From positions 29,867 to 93,866 of the forward strand of contig CAYYKJ010000005.1 in assembly GCA_964441265.1 (NCBI GenBank): a stretch of DNA of 64,000 nucleotides. Reading direction: 5' to 3'. Below the pieces are notes generated by a model. It saw only the letters and a list, made by a program, of their open reading frames with translations, ran no database searches and was not told the DNA's origin. A program made the translations under genes and the position numbers. This document shows positions 26,831 through 37,300 of the stretch, in pieces; positions within the stretch are counted from its first letter, which is position 1, and each line of letters starts with the position of its first letter. Origin of the DNA: an uncultured archaeon (GTDB lineage: Archaea > Aenigmatarchaeota > Aenigmatarchaeia > QMZP01 > QMZT01).

Positions 26831-26838
26831 ATTTAAAA
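26831..26838. promoter_or_regulatory. shared bidirectional TATA box ATTTAAAA
   Basis: It lies 25-32 nt upstream of ATG 26863 on the plus strand and 21-28 nt upstream of ATG 26810 on the minus strand. Confidence 0.4.
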
Positions 26839-26862
26839 GATTGATCCGCCTTTTTTCTAATC

Positions 26863-27216
26863 ATGAAGAAAGTGCTAGTGGTCAATGACAACTCGATTAT
26901 GAACGTGTTGCATTCTAGATATCTGAAAGAAGCGGGCTATAGAACTGTTGCAGCATATGATGGAGTTGATGCAATAAATGCTTTAAAAAATGAAAATCGG
27001 ATTTCCGGTATGCTGCTGGACATTTATATGCCCAGGAAGGACGGATTTGAGGTGCTGAGATACATGAAAAACAGGGACATGGATATACCGGTCATTGTCA
27101 CGAGCATGATGGACGCTTCTGAAATTCAGGGGAAACTGGATTCCATAAAATATCCCGTCGATATTGAAAGAGATACGGAAAAGGTCACCTCTCTGATGAA
27201 GAAAAAAATAGGCTGA
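26863..27216 (+). CDS. single-domain response regulator (CheY-like receiver)
   Basis: It contains KKVLVVNDN...LLDIYMPRKDGFEVL...PVIVTS. Confidence 0.75.
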   Translation: MKKVLVVNDNSIMNVLHSRYLKEAGYRTVAAYDGVDAINALKNENRISGMLLDIYMPRKDGFEVLRYMKNRDMDIPVIVTSMMDASEIQGKLDSIKYPVDIERDTEKVTSLMKKKIG

Positions 27217-27219
27217 TTA

Positions 27220-28011
27220 TCATTCTATGACGACCGGTGACCTTTCGTTCATCTCGTCCACTATCTTCTGGAGCTTCCTTTTGCCGGTGTCCAGCCTGGA
27301 TATCAGATCTTCAAACAATTCGTCATCCCCGCTCCATTCGCTTTTTCCGGTTTCCGGTTGGCTCTTTTTGCCGGCCTTCATCTTCAGGTTGAGTATGTCC
27401 TCCAGCACGTCCCCTATCTCCCTGAATTTCCTCTGCTGGTCGCCCATGACCTTTCTCAGCTTCCACAGCTCGTTGAGACGGCTCTCCTGCTTGAACATGG
27501 ATTCCCTTAGGTGTATGATTTCCTTTATGCCGGTCTCCATCCTCCTTTTGAGGCTTTCCAGTTCATCCGATTTGGCCAGCTGATCCTTTTCCCTTTCTAT
27601 TCCGTCGATCCTCATCTCTGCCGCCCTTATGAGCCTGAGGAGTTCGTGGTATTTCTCAAAACTCTCCGGAGATCCGGATGAGGGCTCTGGCGGCTCCATG
27701 GATTCGAGCTTGCCCTCCAGCTCGTTGACTTTGGTTATGAGGAAGGCCACTTTCTTCCCCAAACCCTCCGGGGGGCTTTCGGTGCTGGTTATCAGCTGGG
27801 GAAAGTCCCGCTTCGGGGTTCCCTTTTTCTTTCCCAGTTTGCTCAGAAAACCTCCTAATTTCCCTGATCTGTCCGACTTGGGCGGGGTCCCCGATGCGAT
27901 GCGGCTTTTGACCGGGTCCTTTGAGGGGGCGGGGTTTCTGAACTTATAACCGCAGTTCTTGCAGAATTTCGCGGAACTCCTGTTTTTCGTTCCGCACACC
28001 TCGCACTTCAT
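27220..28011 (-). CDS. N-terminal zinc-ribbon, coiled-coil protein
   Basis: It starts MKCEVCGTKNRSSAKFCKNCGYKF, followed by a long coiled coil. The start was set to ATG 28011. Confidence 0.55.
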   Translation of the reverse strand: MKCEVCGTKNRSSAKFCKNCGYKFRNPAPSKDPVKSRIASGTPPKSDRSGKLGGFLSKLGKKKGTPKRDFPQLITSTESPPEGLGKKVAFLITKVNELEGKLESMEPPEPSSGSPESFEKYHELLRLIRAAEMRIDGIEREKDQLAKSDELESLKRRMETGIKEIIHLRESMFKQESRLNELWKLRKVMGDQQRKFREIGDVLEDILNLKMKAGKKSQPETGKSEWSGDDELFEDLISRLDTGKRKLQKIVDEMNERSPVVIE

Positions 28012-29153
28012 TTTTTGCCTCCTATGCGGGAACCGCACTCGGTGCAGAATTTGGCGTCCTTCTCTATGACTGAACTGCAATGCGGGCATATCCTGCTGGT
28101 CTTGAGTTCCTTTATCTTCTTCCTGTTGCTCTTCTTCATTTCCCGGAAGGCCTTCGCGGTTATCACACCGTTCTCCCGCTGCTCTTCGAGAGTTTTTATG
28201 ATACTTTCTATCCTCTTTATCTCTTTTTTTATCTTCGGGTGGAGACCTGATTTCTTCACTTCCATCACTTCTCCTTCACTTTCCTGCCTTGCCGCCGAGA
28301 TGCGCAGTTTTGCCTTCCCCAGGAAGTCCGACACGGGGGTCAGGGATGGCATTTTCATCCTTCCCGGCGAAGGAAATATCAGCCGGGGAAGTCCCGGGAG
28401 TTTTACATGCCTCTTTTTATAAACCAAAACCGCCCCTGAGCCCAGCAATATTAAAATAATGGCGTAGTAGTATAAAAAATTTGGCTGGGCCGGTCTCTCC
28501 TCTCCGCCCCCTCCGGAGATAATCTTTTCTGCATTGTCCAGAGTTTCCTCGATGCCGCCGATCCGGGTGAGCGCCTCCATCCACTTGTTCTGGCTTATGG
28601 TCTCGTCCACCATGATCATGTTGTTGCGTGCCCTCTCCAGGAGCTTACGGACGGACGGTGACTCGGAGAGGTTCACTTCTGACTCCAGTTCGGAGATCCT
28701 GCGCTTCAGCTTCGCTGACACGTTCCTGGCCAGATCTTCCAGGGATCCGTATACGGATATGTTCACACTCCCGAATTCCATGTCCTCCAGCGAATAGATT
28801 CTCAGAACCACCCTGTACTCCCCGGTGCTAGCGTTGTAGGGAACCTCGAATTTGATCATCACGGTGTCTTCCCCTCCCCTCTGTATGGAGGGGATGATGT
28901 TTTCCGGCTCGAACCAGCCGGTGAGATTCTCCGCCGCCGAGGTCACGTTGCGGAGTTCGGTCTCACCCGTGTTCTCCACGTCTATGCTGACATACCTCAC
29001 CGCCCCCTTCTCTACGTCGAAATTCCGGGGATATATCTTCTTTATCTCGAGGTCGGGGAGGGGCGCTGCTGAAAAGGCCGGGGTTGCGATTATGAGAATG
29101 AGCATGAATACAACAGCCGTGAATGCTGCATGCCCCGCGAACCCCCGTTCCAT
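28008..29153 (-). CDS. membrane protein: extracellular CARDB-like domain, TM, cytoplasmic coiled coil and C-terminal zinc ribbon
   Basis: It has a signal/TM segment (MERGFAGHAAFTAVVFMLILIIATPAFS), a second TM (YYYAIILILLGSGAVLVY) and a C-terminal ICPHCSSVIEKDAKFCTECG. The start was set to ATG 29153 to avoid the TFS gene. Confidence 0.55.
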   Translation of the reverse strand: MERGFAGHAAFTAVVFMLILIIATPAFSAAPLPDLEIKKIYPRNFDVEKGAVRYVSIDVENTGETELRNVTSAAENLTGWFEPENIIPSIQRGGEDTVMIKFEVPYNASTGEYRVVLRIYSLEDMEFGSVNISVYGSLEDLARNVSAKLKRRISELESEVNLSESPSVRKLLERARNNMIMVDETISQNKWMEALTRIGGIEETLDNAEKIISGGGGEERPAQPNFLYYYAIILILLGSGAVLVYKKRHVKLPGLPRLIFPSPGRMKMPSLTPVSDFLGKAKLRISAARQESEGEVMEVKKSGLHPKIKKEIKRIESIIKTLEEQRENGVITAKAFREMKKSNRKKIKELKTSRICPHCSSVIEKDAKFCTECGSRIGGKK

Positions 29154-29211
29154 TTTATTTAATTGATATGGTGCATAAAAAATATTTCCCGCTACCGCCG
29201 CAGGAACCGGA

Positions 29212-29532
29212 TCAGTATTCTCTCCAGCAGTGGCCGCACTTGGTGCACCTGTAAAAGGTGGTGGGCGGTTCGTCACCGGACCTCATCTGCTGCAGCCACC
29301 ACACGGCTTCTTTGTTGCCGCATTTCCTGCACTTTGTCTTTGCCTTGGGAAGGGCCTCCTTCTTCTCGCTTATCACGACCACGTCATCCTTGGGGTCGTG
29401 CTCGATTCTTTCTTTTATGCTGTTGGGTTTGGCCTTCCTTATCTTGTGGCCGCACCTCTTGCATACCAGCACGACCTTTCCCTTCTCCTTTACGGGGGAA
29501 CACATCGAACCGCATTTCGGGCAAAACTGCAT
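29212..29532 (-). CDS. tfs: transcription factor S / RNA polymerase subunit M
   Basis: It has an N-terminal Zn ribbon (MQFCPKCGS...CKRCGH) and a C-terminal Zn ribbon (KCRKCGNKEAVWWLQQMRSGDEPPTTFYRCTKCGHCW). Confidence 0.85.
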   Translation of the reverse strand: MQFCPKCGSMCSPVKEKGKVVLVCKRCGHKIRKAKPNSIKERIEHDPKDDVVVISEKKEALPKAKTKCRKCGNKEAVWWLQQMRSGDEPPTTFYRCTKCGHCWREY

Positions 29533-29623
29533 GATGATCACTCTCTGAGGGACTCTTCCGTCCCTGAGGGCTATTACCCTATAATTCAGAGCAATGGTAT
29601 ATAAATGTTAATTCGAAAAATGT

Positions 29624-29815
29624 TCAGAGCTGTATTTCGTGTTTTTTACTGATTCTTTCCTCCGGTATCTTCTGTGTTCGCTCGTAATTGAGTCTGTTTT
29701 CCCCGGCGCCGTGAATTTCAGTTTCCCATCGAAGGATATCTGGTTCCTCCGTGTCCTTGTACGATATCATCAGCCACCATGAGAGCGGTGCTATTTGCTC
29801 TATCTTCTTTGTCAT
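29624..29815 (-). CDS. small hypothetical protein
   Basis: A 63-aa ORF with no supporting motif. Confidence 0.3.
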   Translation of the reverse strand: MTKKIEQIAPLSWWLMISYKDTEEPDILRWETEIHGAGENRLNYERTQKIPEERISKKHEIQL

Positions 29816-29849
29816 GAGATAGAATAAACACGATAAATTTTAAAAGTGA

Positions 29850-31331
29850 TTACTTTTTCTTTTCCTTCTTGGGCAGCTGGTCTTCCATCAGGGCCTCCAT
29901 CACCCGGGTGTTCTTCTGTATCAGGTCGGTTATCCGCCCCTCGAATTCCTTCAGCTCCTCGGTCCCGGCCTTGTACCTGAGAAGATTCATGAGCTCCTTC
30001 TGGACCCTTTTTATCTTGTTTTCCAGCATCTCCTTCTGTTCGTTCTCCTGCTCCCTGACCCTTTCCCTGACGTCCTTCATGTCCTTCATGAAGCCGTTCA
30101 GGTTGTCCCTGAGTTCATTGAACGCGCCTGTGAGGTTTTCCTTGGCCTCCTTTTCCTTCCCGAAGGATTTCTCCATCCTGCTGACCCTGCCAAAAAGCTC
30201 CCTGGCTTTTCTGAACCCTTCCTCTATTCCGGTGATTCTCTTCTTCATGTCCCCGAGGGATTCCTTGGTCGCCAGGTCGTCTATGGAGTCCTTCAGGTTT
30301 TCCATGGTTTCCTCCATGGAACGTATCTTTCCGGCGAACATCTCGTTGCTGACCCTGTTGATCGTGACGTTTATCTCCTCTATCCTCTCCCTGTTCTTTC
30401 CGGTTATCTCGTCGAAGGCCTTCTTGCTTATGAGACCGTCCGAGAAATCTTCATGGGCGGTGCCGATTATCTCCTCCAGTTTCGCCTTTTCCTCCTCCAT
30501 CTCCTTTATGCTCTTCCGGTTCCTCCGTATCTCGTTAAGTTCCTTCTTCACGAACCTGACGTCCTCCGGTGTTATCTTGTGTTTCTTTATGTCAAGGAAG
30601 AGCTTCTCTATGTAGTCCATCCTCTTCTTTATGCTCGGAGTGAGTTCGGAGGATATGGAATCCTTTATCTTGTCCTCGATCTCGTTCCTGAGGTCGTCTA
30701 CGTCCCCTCCTTTCACTGCCTCGTCCTCAAACATCACCTTGAACCTGTCAAATTCCTTGACCAGTTCGCTGGTGAGGTCGTCGACCTTCTGTATGGTGGA
30801 GGTCAGCGACTTTATCCTCGCTATCTTTTCGTTGGCGTCTGCGAATATTCCCTCCACCTTCGCCCCTATCCTATCCACATACCTCTTGGTCTTGTTTATT
30901 TCTTCCAGCTTCTCCCCGATGTTCTTGGACTCCTTGACGAAGTTCTCGAAACTCTTGACCCTGGAAAGGAGCTTTTCCATCTCCTTGATCTTGCTGTTCA
31001 TGGCCTCCATGAATTCCCGGTCTTTCTCCCTCTTCATTTCCATGGTCTGGATTTCCGCCTTGATATTCTCGCTGCGCTTCCTCAGCACCTTGGGGTCGAA
31101 CTCTTTGGAGATCTCGGACATCTTTTCCGTCTTCGCCTCCATCTCGGTCAGAGTCTTTTCCCTGTCCAGTATCATCCTCCTGAGGTCGCCTATGCCCTCG
31201 GAAAGCTGGGATATCCTGTCAAAAATAGCCTCCTTGAACTGCTCGAACATCTCCACCCTTCCTTCGAGCTTGTCCATCCTAACGATGAACTTTTCCATGC
31301 CCTTGGAGTCACTCTTTTCCTTCTTGGCCAT
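29850..31331 (-). CDS. long coiled-coil protein (K/E-rich) immediately downstream of the giant gene
   Basis: A 493-aa ORF that is almost entirely heptad-like. Only a 54-nt gap separates it from the giant ORF's stop. Confidence 0.55.
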   Translation of the reverse strand: MAKKEKSDSKGMEKFIVRMDKLEGRVEMFEQFKEAIFDRISQLSEGIGDLRRMILDREKTLTEMEAKTEKMSEISKEFDPKVLRKRSENIKAEIQTMEMKREKDREFMEAMNSKIKEMEKLLSRVKSFENFVKESKNIGEKLEEINKTKRYVDRIGAKVEGIFADANEKIARIKSLTSTIQKVDDLTSELVKEFDRFKVMFEDEAVKGGDVDDLRNEIEDKIKDSISSELTPSIKKRMDYIEKLFLDIKKHKITPEDVRFVKKELNEIRRNRKSIKEMEEEKAKLEEIIGTAHEDFSDGLISKKAFDEITGKNRERIEEINVTINRVSNEMFAGKIRSMEETMENLKDSIDDLATKESLGDMKKRITGIEEGFRKARELFGRVSRMEKSFGKEKEAKENLTGAFNELRDNLNGFMKDMKDVRERVREQENEQKEMLENKIKRVQKELMNLLRYKAGTEELKEFEGRITDLIQKNTRVMEALMEDQLPKKEKKK

Positions 31332-31385
31332 GCAAACCCCTACACACCATACTTATTCCTTCCTTTCAATGGTTTATATTTCTGC

Positions 31386-34300
31386 TCATTTCTTTTTCCC
31401 GCGCTTCTTTTTCTTCTTCCCCTTCTTCCTGGAATGTTTCTTCAGTGATCCCCTGAGGCTGTCCAGGTATATCTCGGTCATCCTGAAGGCCCCCGTCTTC
31501 AGCTTGTCCTTGGCCAGTTTGAGCTCCAGCTTTATGTCGGTGGTGTCCACCTTCTTCTTTTCCAGAGACCTTATCTCCCTCTCCATCTCCTTGAGCTCCT
31601 TGGCGAACTTCTTGTACTTCTCGAGCTCCTCCTCCGGTATCTTGTGCGGGGAATGGAGCAGCGGGCGGAAGGCCACGAAATAAGGCCTCCCCCTGTTATA
31701 CTTGGGATTCTGAACCATTCCCACTCCGACCTCCTGTTTGGTTATCCTATTGGAGTATTCCTCCCCGTATTTCTTCTTGACCCTGTCTATGTCCCCCAGA
31801 CCCTTGGTGTGGAGCTGGAACTCGGTCAGTACGTTTCCCTTTATGGCCTCCTTGAAGTCCGCCAGGACCTGGGAAAGCATTATCATGCCTATGCCCCACT
31901 TCCTGAACTCCCTGCATCCCCTTTCCAGCGCGACGTATCCGCCGCTCCCGCCGTACTTCTCCAGCAGGCGGTGGACCTCGTCGAAGATTACCAGGAGCCT
32001 CAGTTTGGGAGATTCCTCCCAGTCCGTCTCGAATATGGTCTGGACGATGTTCTGGACCGCCTGGTCGAACTCGCCCGGCTTGAGCTTGTTGAGCATGAAA
32101 ACCGTTATCTCCGAGGGGTTCATGAATTCCTTGAACTTAATCTTCACTTTGGGATCAGTGACCTCGAATATCATCCCCTTGAAGGGCATTGCGTCGGTCT
32201 CCTTCATTCCGAACTCGTCGTATCTGTCCAGCATCTTCCTGTCCGTGCACCTCTTCACGAAACCGGTCCACTGTCCCGTGGGGTCGAACACGACCACGGG
32301 TATCTTCAGCTTCAGGCACTCCTCCACCGTTACCATGGCGGATACGGACTTCCCCGCTCCGGTTGCCCCTGCGGAGAGTATGTGGGTGGTCAGGTCGTCC
32401 GGGTCGAGCCACGCCTTGGTCCCGGTCTCCGCTATCTTCCCCATGTATATGGGACCCTTGGGAAGCTTCTTGTAGTCCACGGGGAAAAGGTACCTCCTTC
32501 TCCTCAGCTTCCATTTGCTGTACCACCTGCTCCCCTTCCATCCCACGATGAGGGCGACGGCGATTGCTATGGCCGCGATTAGCATGTATATTTTATCCAT
32601 TGTCCAGAAGGGCTCCACCACCTCGAATATGTCAGCCGAGCTGGCCGTCTTGTTCTCGTAGGAGGCGACCACCTCTATGTAGAATTTACCGGGGTATATG
32701 TTTATTTCGTCCAGGGGGAAATTCTTGACCATGGAGAGCGTCGTCTCCAGGGCCATCTCTTCTTCCTTGTATGCCAGCAGCTTGTTCGTGTTGACGTCGC
32801 GTATGTTGTGGGTCAGGTGGACGTCGAACTTCTTCTTGTACCCGAGGTTGAAGAGAGAGAGCCGGTATCGGACCGTTCCGTTCTGGCCGAGAATCTTGGT
32901 CAGCACTTCCACCTTCACATCCATGAGCGCCTCCTTCTCCGTCACTATCCTCAGCGTCACCGGGATGGTGTTAGGCGTGTCGTCCACCGTAACCAGAAGC
33001 TCCCCGTTGTATACCCCGGGCGGGGCCGACATGGGAGCGAAGAACTTGACCTTTACTGTCTTTGCTGACTGTTCGTCTATGCTGAAAGACCTGCTCTGTA
33101 GCTGGGTGAACTCCCATATCGTTCCGGTGACCTCCATATCGACATCGGAGGCGTCTTCCTGCCGGTTCTCTATGGTTATGGGATAAAGCCTGCTCTCCCC
33201 CGGAAGCAGCTCTATGTCTATCACATCCGTGTCTATGGCGTACGGCTCCTCTTCTTTTGGGCAGTCCTCCGGGCAGTTCTGGTAGTTTTCCCCGGTCTCG
33301 CACCTGTCATTGCCGCAGACAGCCCCGGCGCTGACCCCTCCGGTATATCCCCCTCCGGGTGTTTCCTCCTCGTCGCCCGGTCCGGGGGCCCAGCAGTCCT
33401 CCGGGCAGTTGTCGCTGGATTCCCCGTAGACGTTCTCGCATATTTCGTTGCCGCAGACCACCTCCTCCGCCGCCACGAAGGCGGAGAAATTATCCACGGT
33501 AGCGGTCACGGTCTCCGTGTCCACGTCGACAGAACCGCCCCTGTTGATCCAGGTGGAATTGCATCCGTTTTCGGTCCAGTCCCAGTCCCGGCACTGGTAC
33601 ACCCTTATCACGTCGATGAAGTTGTGTTCGTACCCGGTCCCGGTGAAGTTCATGGAGATATTCGCACGGGAGAAGTTCATGGTGGAGTTGACGGCGAATG
33701 CCTTGAGTATGACCCTCGTCAGGGGTATGCTTATGTATTTCAGGGCGATGTCATCGAATCCGACCGGATCGGTCATGTTCTCCGTCACGTTGATGCCGAA
33801 CATCCCCACCGCGTCCATGCTGCTGTTGATTTTCCACTCGATGTCGTAAACCCTCCTGTAGACGTCCCTGCTGTAGTTTCCTGAGGAGTTGGTGGAGAAG
33901 CTGTTGAGCAGGTAATCCGGAGACAACGACCTGTTGTCCCTGTACATGAAGAAATCTGAGAGCACCGGCTGGCCTTCCATGTCCAGAATCGTCCCGTTTA
34001 TGGTGACCATGTCAGACGGGTAGACGGCGAACCACCATGTGATGTTCCGGAGGTTGCCGTTCTTGTCCCTGGCGTAAAGGACGTAATCGTGATCGCCGAT
34101 GGAAAGTCCGGAAAGGTTTACCGCCCAGTAGGTGGAGTTGGTTTCAGGGGTCTGGTTCTGGAGCCAGCGGACACTCACGCTCCCGTTCGGGTGGGTGAGA
34201 TTCATGCTGACGTTGCTGACGTATTCCTTGTCCGTCAGGTAGGCAAGGACCTCCACTGTTCCCCCCTCCGTCACGGATTCGGATGTGACGTTGACATTGT

Positions 34301-37300
34301 ACGGAGGAGTGGTGTCCTTGTAATAGACCGCGTCAGTCTCGGTATCATTGGCCACGGTCCCGTCGAAACTGTTGGTTGTGTTTATGGTCAGGTTGTGGTA
34401 CTCGGCATCGGTGAGGTTGGGGGCGGTGCATTCCAGATACCACAGCTTGAACGGGCCTATGTAGGATGACGATTCCAGTGCGCAATCCTCTTCGTCGAGA
34501 CGTATGTCGAAATCTACGCCGTCGCTCACCGGAGAGAGCCGGTGGGTGACGTTCGCCGTTATCTGGACGCGGTCACCGGGCAGAACGTCCACCGCCTTGT
34601 CGGAACTGGTGGGCGAGGTGATGTTTATCATGGTGGGCGAAGCTACTGTTATGTGAGTGGAGTTAGTGGCGCTTCCGGGCGAGGAATCCGGGTTGGTCCA
34701 GTATGCGGTGAAGTTTATCGTGTAATTGGCCGGCTGGGTCCCGTTGGGGATCGTCACCGAATATGACCTGGTGCAGTTCTCCCCTGCCCAGACGTCGCCG
34801 CAGCCCTGGAGTCCGGGTACGATTTCCCACCCGGGAGGGAAGTATGTGTGGTTGACAGAGGAGCTGTACAGGAAGCCCTGGCCGGTGTTGGTCAGGTTAA
34901 GCGATATGTTGAAGGTGGTCGAGTAGTTTGCCGTCACGTTGTTGGTCCAGTAGTGACTTGGCATGGTCGTGAAGGCAGGAGATATGGTCTGGTTCTGCAG
35001 GTAGAATGCGTTGCTTGTGCTGGTTCCGTTGCCGTTGTAGTATTCGGAGTCCGTCGTGTTCATCTTCAGGTCATACCAGCCGGCGGGCATGCCGGTGGAA
35101 TCCCATGAGCAGTTATACCATCCGTTCCCCTCGTCATTCGCCGGTGAGCAGCTGAATTCGCTGCCGTTGCTCTCCGGGAAGAAGCTGACATCCGCCGGGG
35201 TCGCGGGATCGCTGCACTCATCCGTGGCGTTTCCCCTGAAGAGTATGCTCTGGGATTCGTAGTGATAATCACCCGCTGGCCGGGTTATGTTGTGCGTGAT
35301 CCACCCCGCCACGGTGAAGTTTCCCTGGGAGGAATTGTATTCCTTGTAGAGCGAATCCCCCAGCCCCGCTTCCCAGTACTGGTAATACACCGAGTAGGTG
35401 CAGTTTATACTGTCCAGATAATATCTGCAGTACCCCCCGGAATCCGTGGTGTTTTCGCTCTCGGTTGTATAGGAGATTCCGTCCCTGGTGGACCAGAAGG
35501 TACAGTTCCTGCCCCCTTCCAGGGGAATGCCCCTGTCGGAATCGGTAACCATCACCTCTATGAGCGCCTTCTCCCCCGCATTTCTGGACAATGTGGTGGA
35601 GGAGTTCCCGGTTATCTCTATCAGCAGGTCATCCCTCTCTATCGAGGGCCCGGTGAACTCGGAGGTGTTGCTGGCGTTGTTGTAGTCGTCCTTGTATTCG
35701 AACATGAATCCCATGGTTTCCCCTATGTCCGATGAGTTGAACGGCCTTATTGTCCAGTATGGCGTGCTTCCGGCTCCCACCAGTTTGGTCTCGTTCTTCT
35801 CCCACGTTCCGCTGTTGTTTATCCAGAGCGTCACGTTCACATCGTCACCGTTATGGTCGTAGACGAACACGGAATAGTTGTATTCCGCCCCCCAGCCGTC
35901 CGTTGAGTTGGACACATTGGCATCGCTCAGCTGGGGGGGCTCGTTGACCGTTGTGACATTTATGATTAACTCGTCCCAGCATTCTCCTGCAGGGGAGCAG
36001 GTGGAATTGGTCGCGTTCGCCTGTATGGTGCAGGGACCGGTCGTTTCCGGATACCCCAGGGGAACGGTCACGTTTATGTCGATCACTATGTGGGTCCCGC
36101 CCGTGAGGTTCGAGACATTTTTGGGTATCAGGGTTATCTTCCTCTCGTCGAGGGGGTTGGCGCAGAATCCGCTCTTGTTTGTGAACCGGATGTCGGAAAG
36201 CTCTGCGCTGCAGTCAGCGTCTATTGTGAAATTCCCTATGGTCGTGGTCCTCCCTATGAACGCGCCCCCCGCTATTTCATCCTCCCTTATCTCAAGATCA
36301 TAATTCTCCGTTACGTTCACCTCGGTTTCGTTGACTGCTGAATTCTCTGTGCCTATCATGTTCGTCCAGTTGGCCTTGAAGCCTACGTAGTAAATGCCGG
36401 AGGTGGTCCCGTTGACCACGAGAACGGTGAAATTTCTGGTGCAGTTGTTCCCTGTCTCTACCATGCCGCAATTATGACTCACCGGGGTCACGTTCCACCA
36501 CCCTGGGAAATAGCTCCTGTTTATGGTGGCGTTGTAGAGATATGCCTCTCCCGTGTTGTTGAGAACGGCGGTGAGGTTGAACGTCTGGTTGAGGTATTTT
36601 GTGACGTTGTCTGTTTCCTTATATATGGGAATGAGAAGCAGATCCGCGAAGGTCTGGGTGGCCTCCAGAACGAGGGCGTCCTTTTTGTTGTAGGTGCCGT
36701 TGTAATAGACCGGGGTCGAAGGCGGGGAGGGGAGATTGGTGGTGTTCATGGTGATGTTGTACTTTCCGGTCTCCTGATTCCATGAATCCCATGTGCAGTT
36801 GTACCAGCCGCTCCCTTCGTCATTCACCGGGGTGCACTGGCTCACGTTTATACCGTTCTCGTTTATCAGGTGGAATTCCACGTTGCCCAGACCGTCCACC
36901 GTGTTATCGCAGTCGTCGGTGGTGTTTCCCCTTATCGTTATGTTTTCCCCTTCCAGATAGTTTTCCCCGTCCGGGGTTTCTATTTTGTGTCTGAACTGGC
37001 CCACCACGTCAAGCTGGGATGTGATTTCGGCGTAATCGTAGTACTTGCTTTCAGAGACCTTCCCGTACCAGTCCTGGTGACCGACGTAATAGCTACAGTC
37101 CGGATTGAAGTACCTCCTGCAGTACCCCTCAGAGGAGGTGTTGGAAAATGAGTCCGGACTCCCTCCTCCGGTCAGGGTGACGTTTATGTAGCAGGCTATG
37201 TCGTAGATGGCGAGGGTCCCCCTGTCGGTGTCGTTTATGGAATATTCTATCAGCGTTTTCTTTGTTCCGTCCCTTGGTGCCTCGCAGTCGTCGCAGGCGG

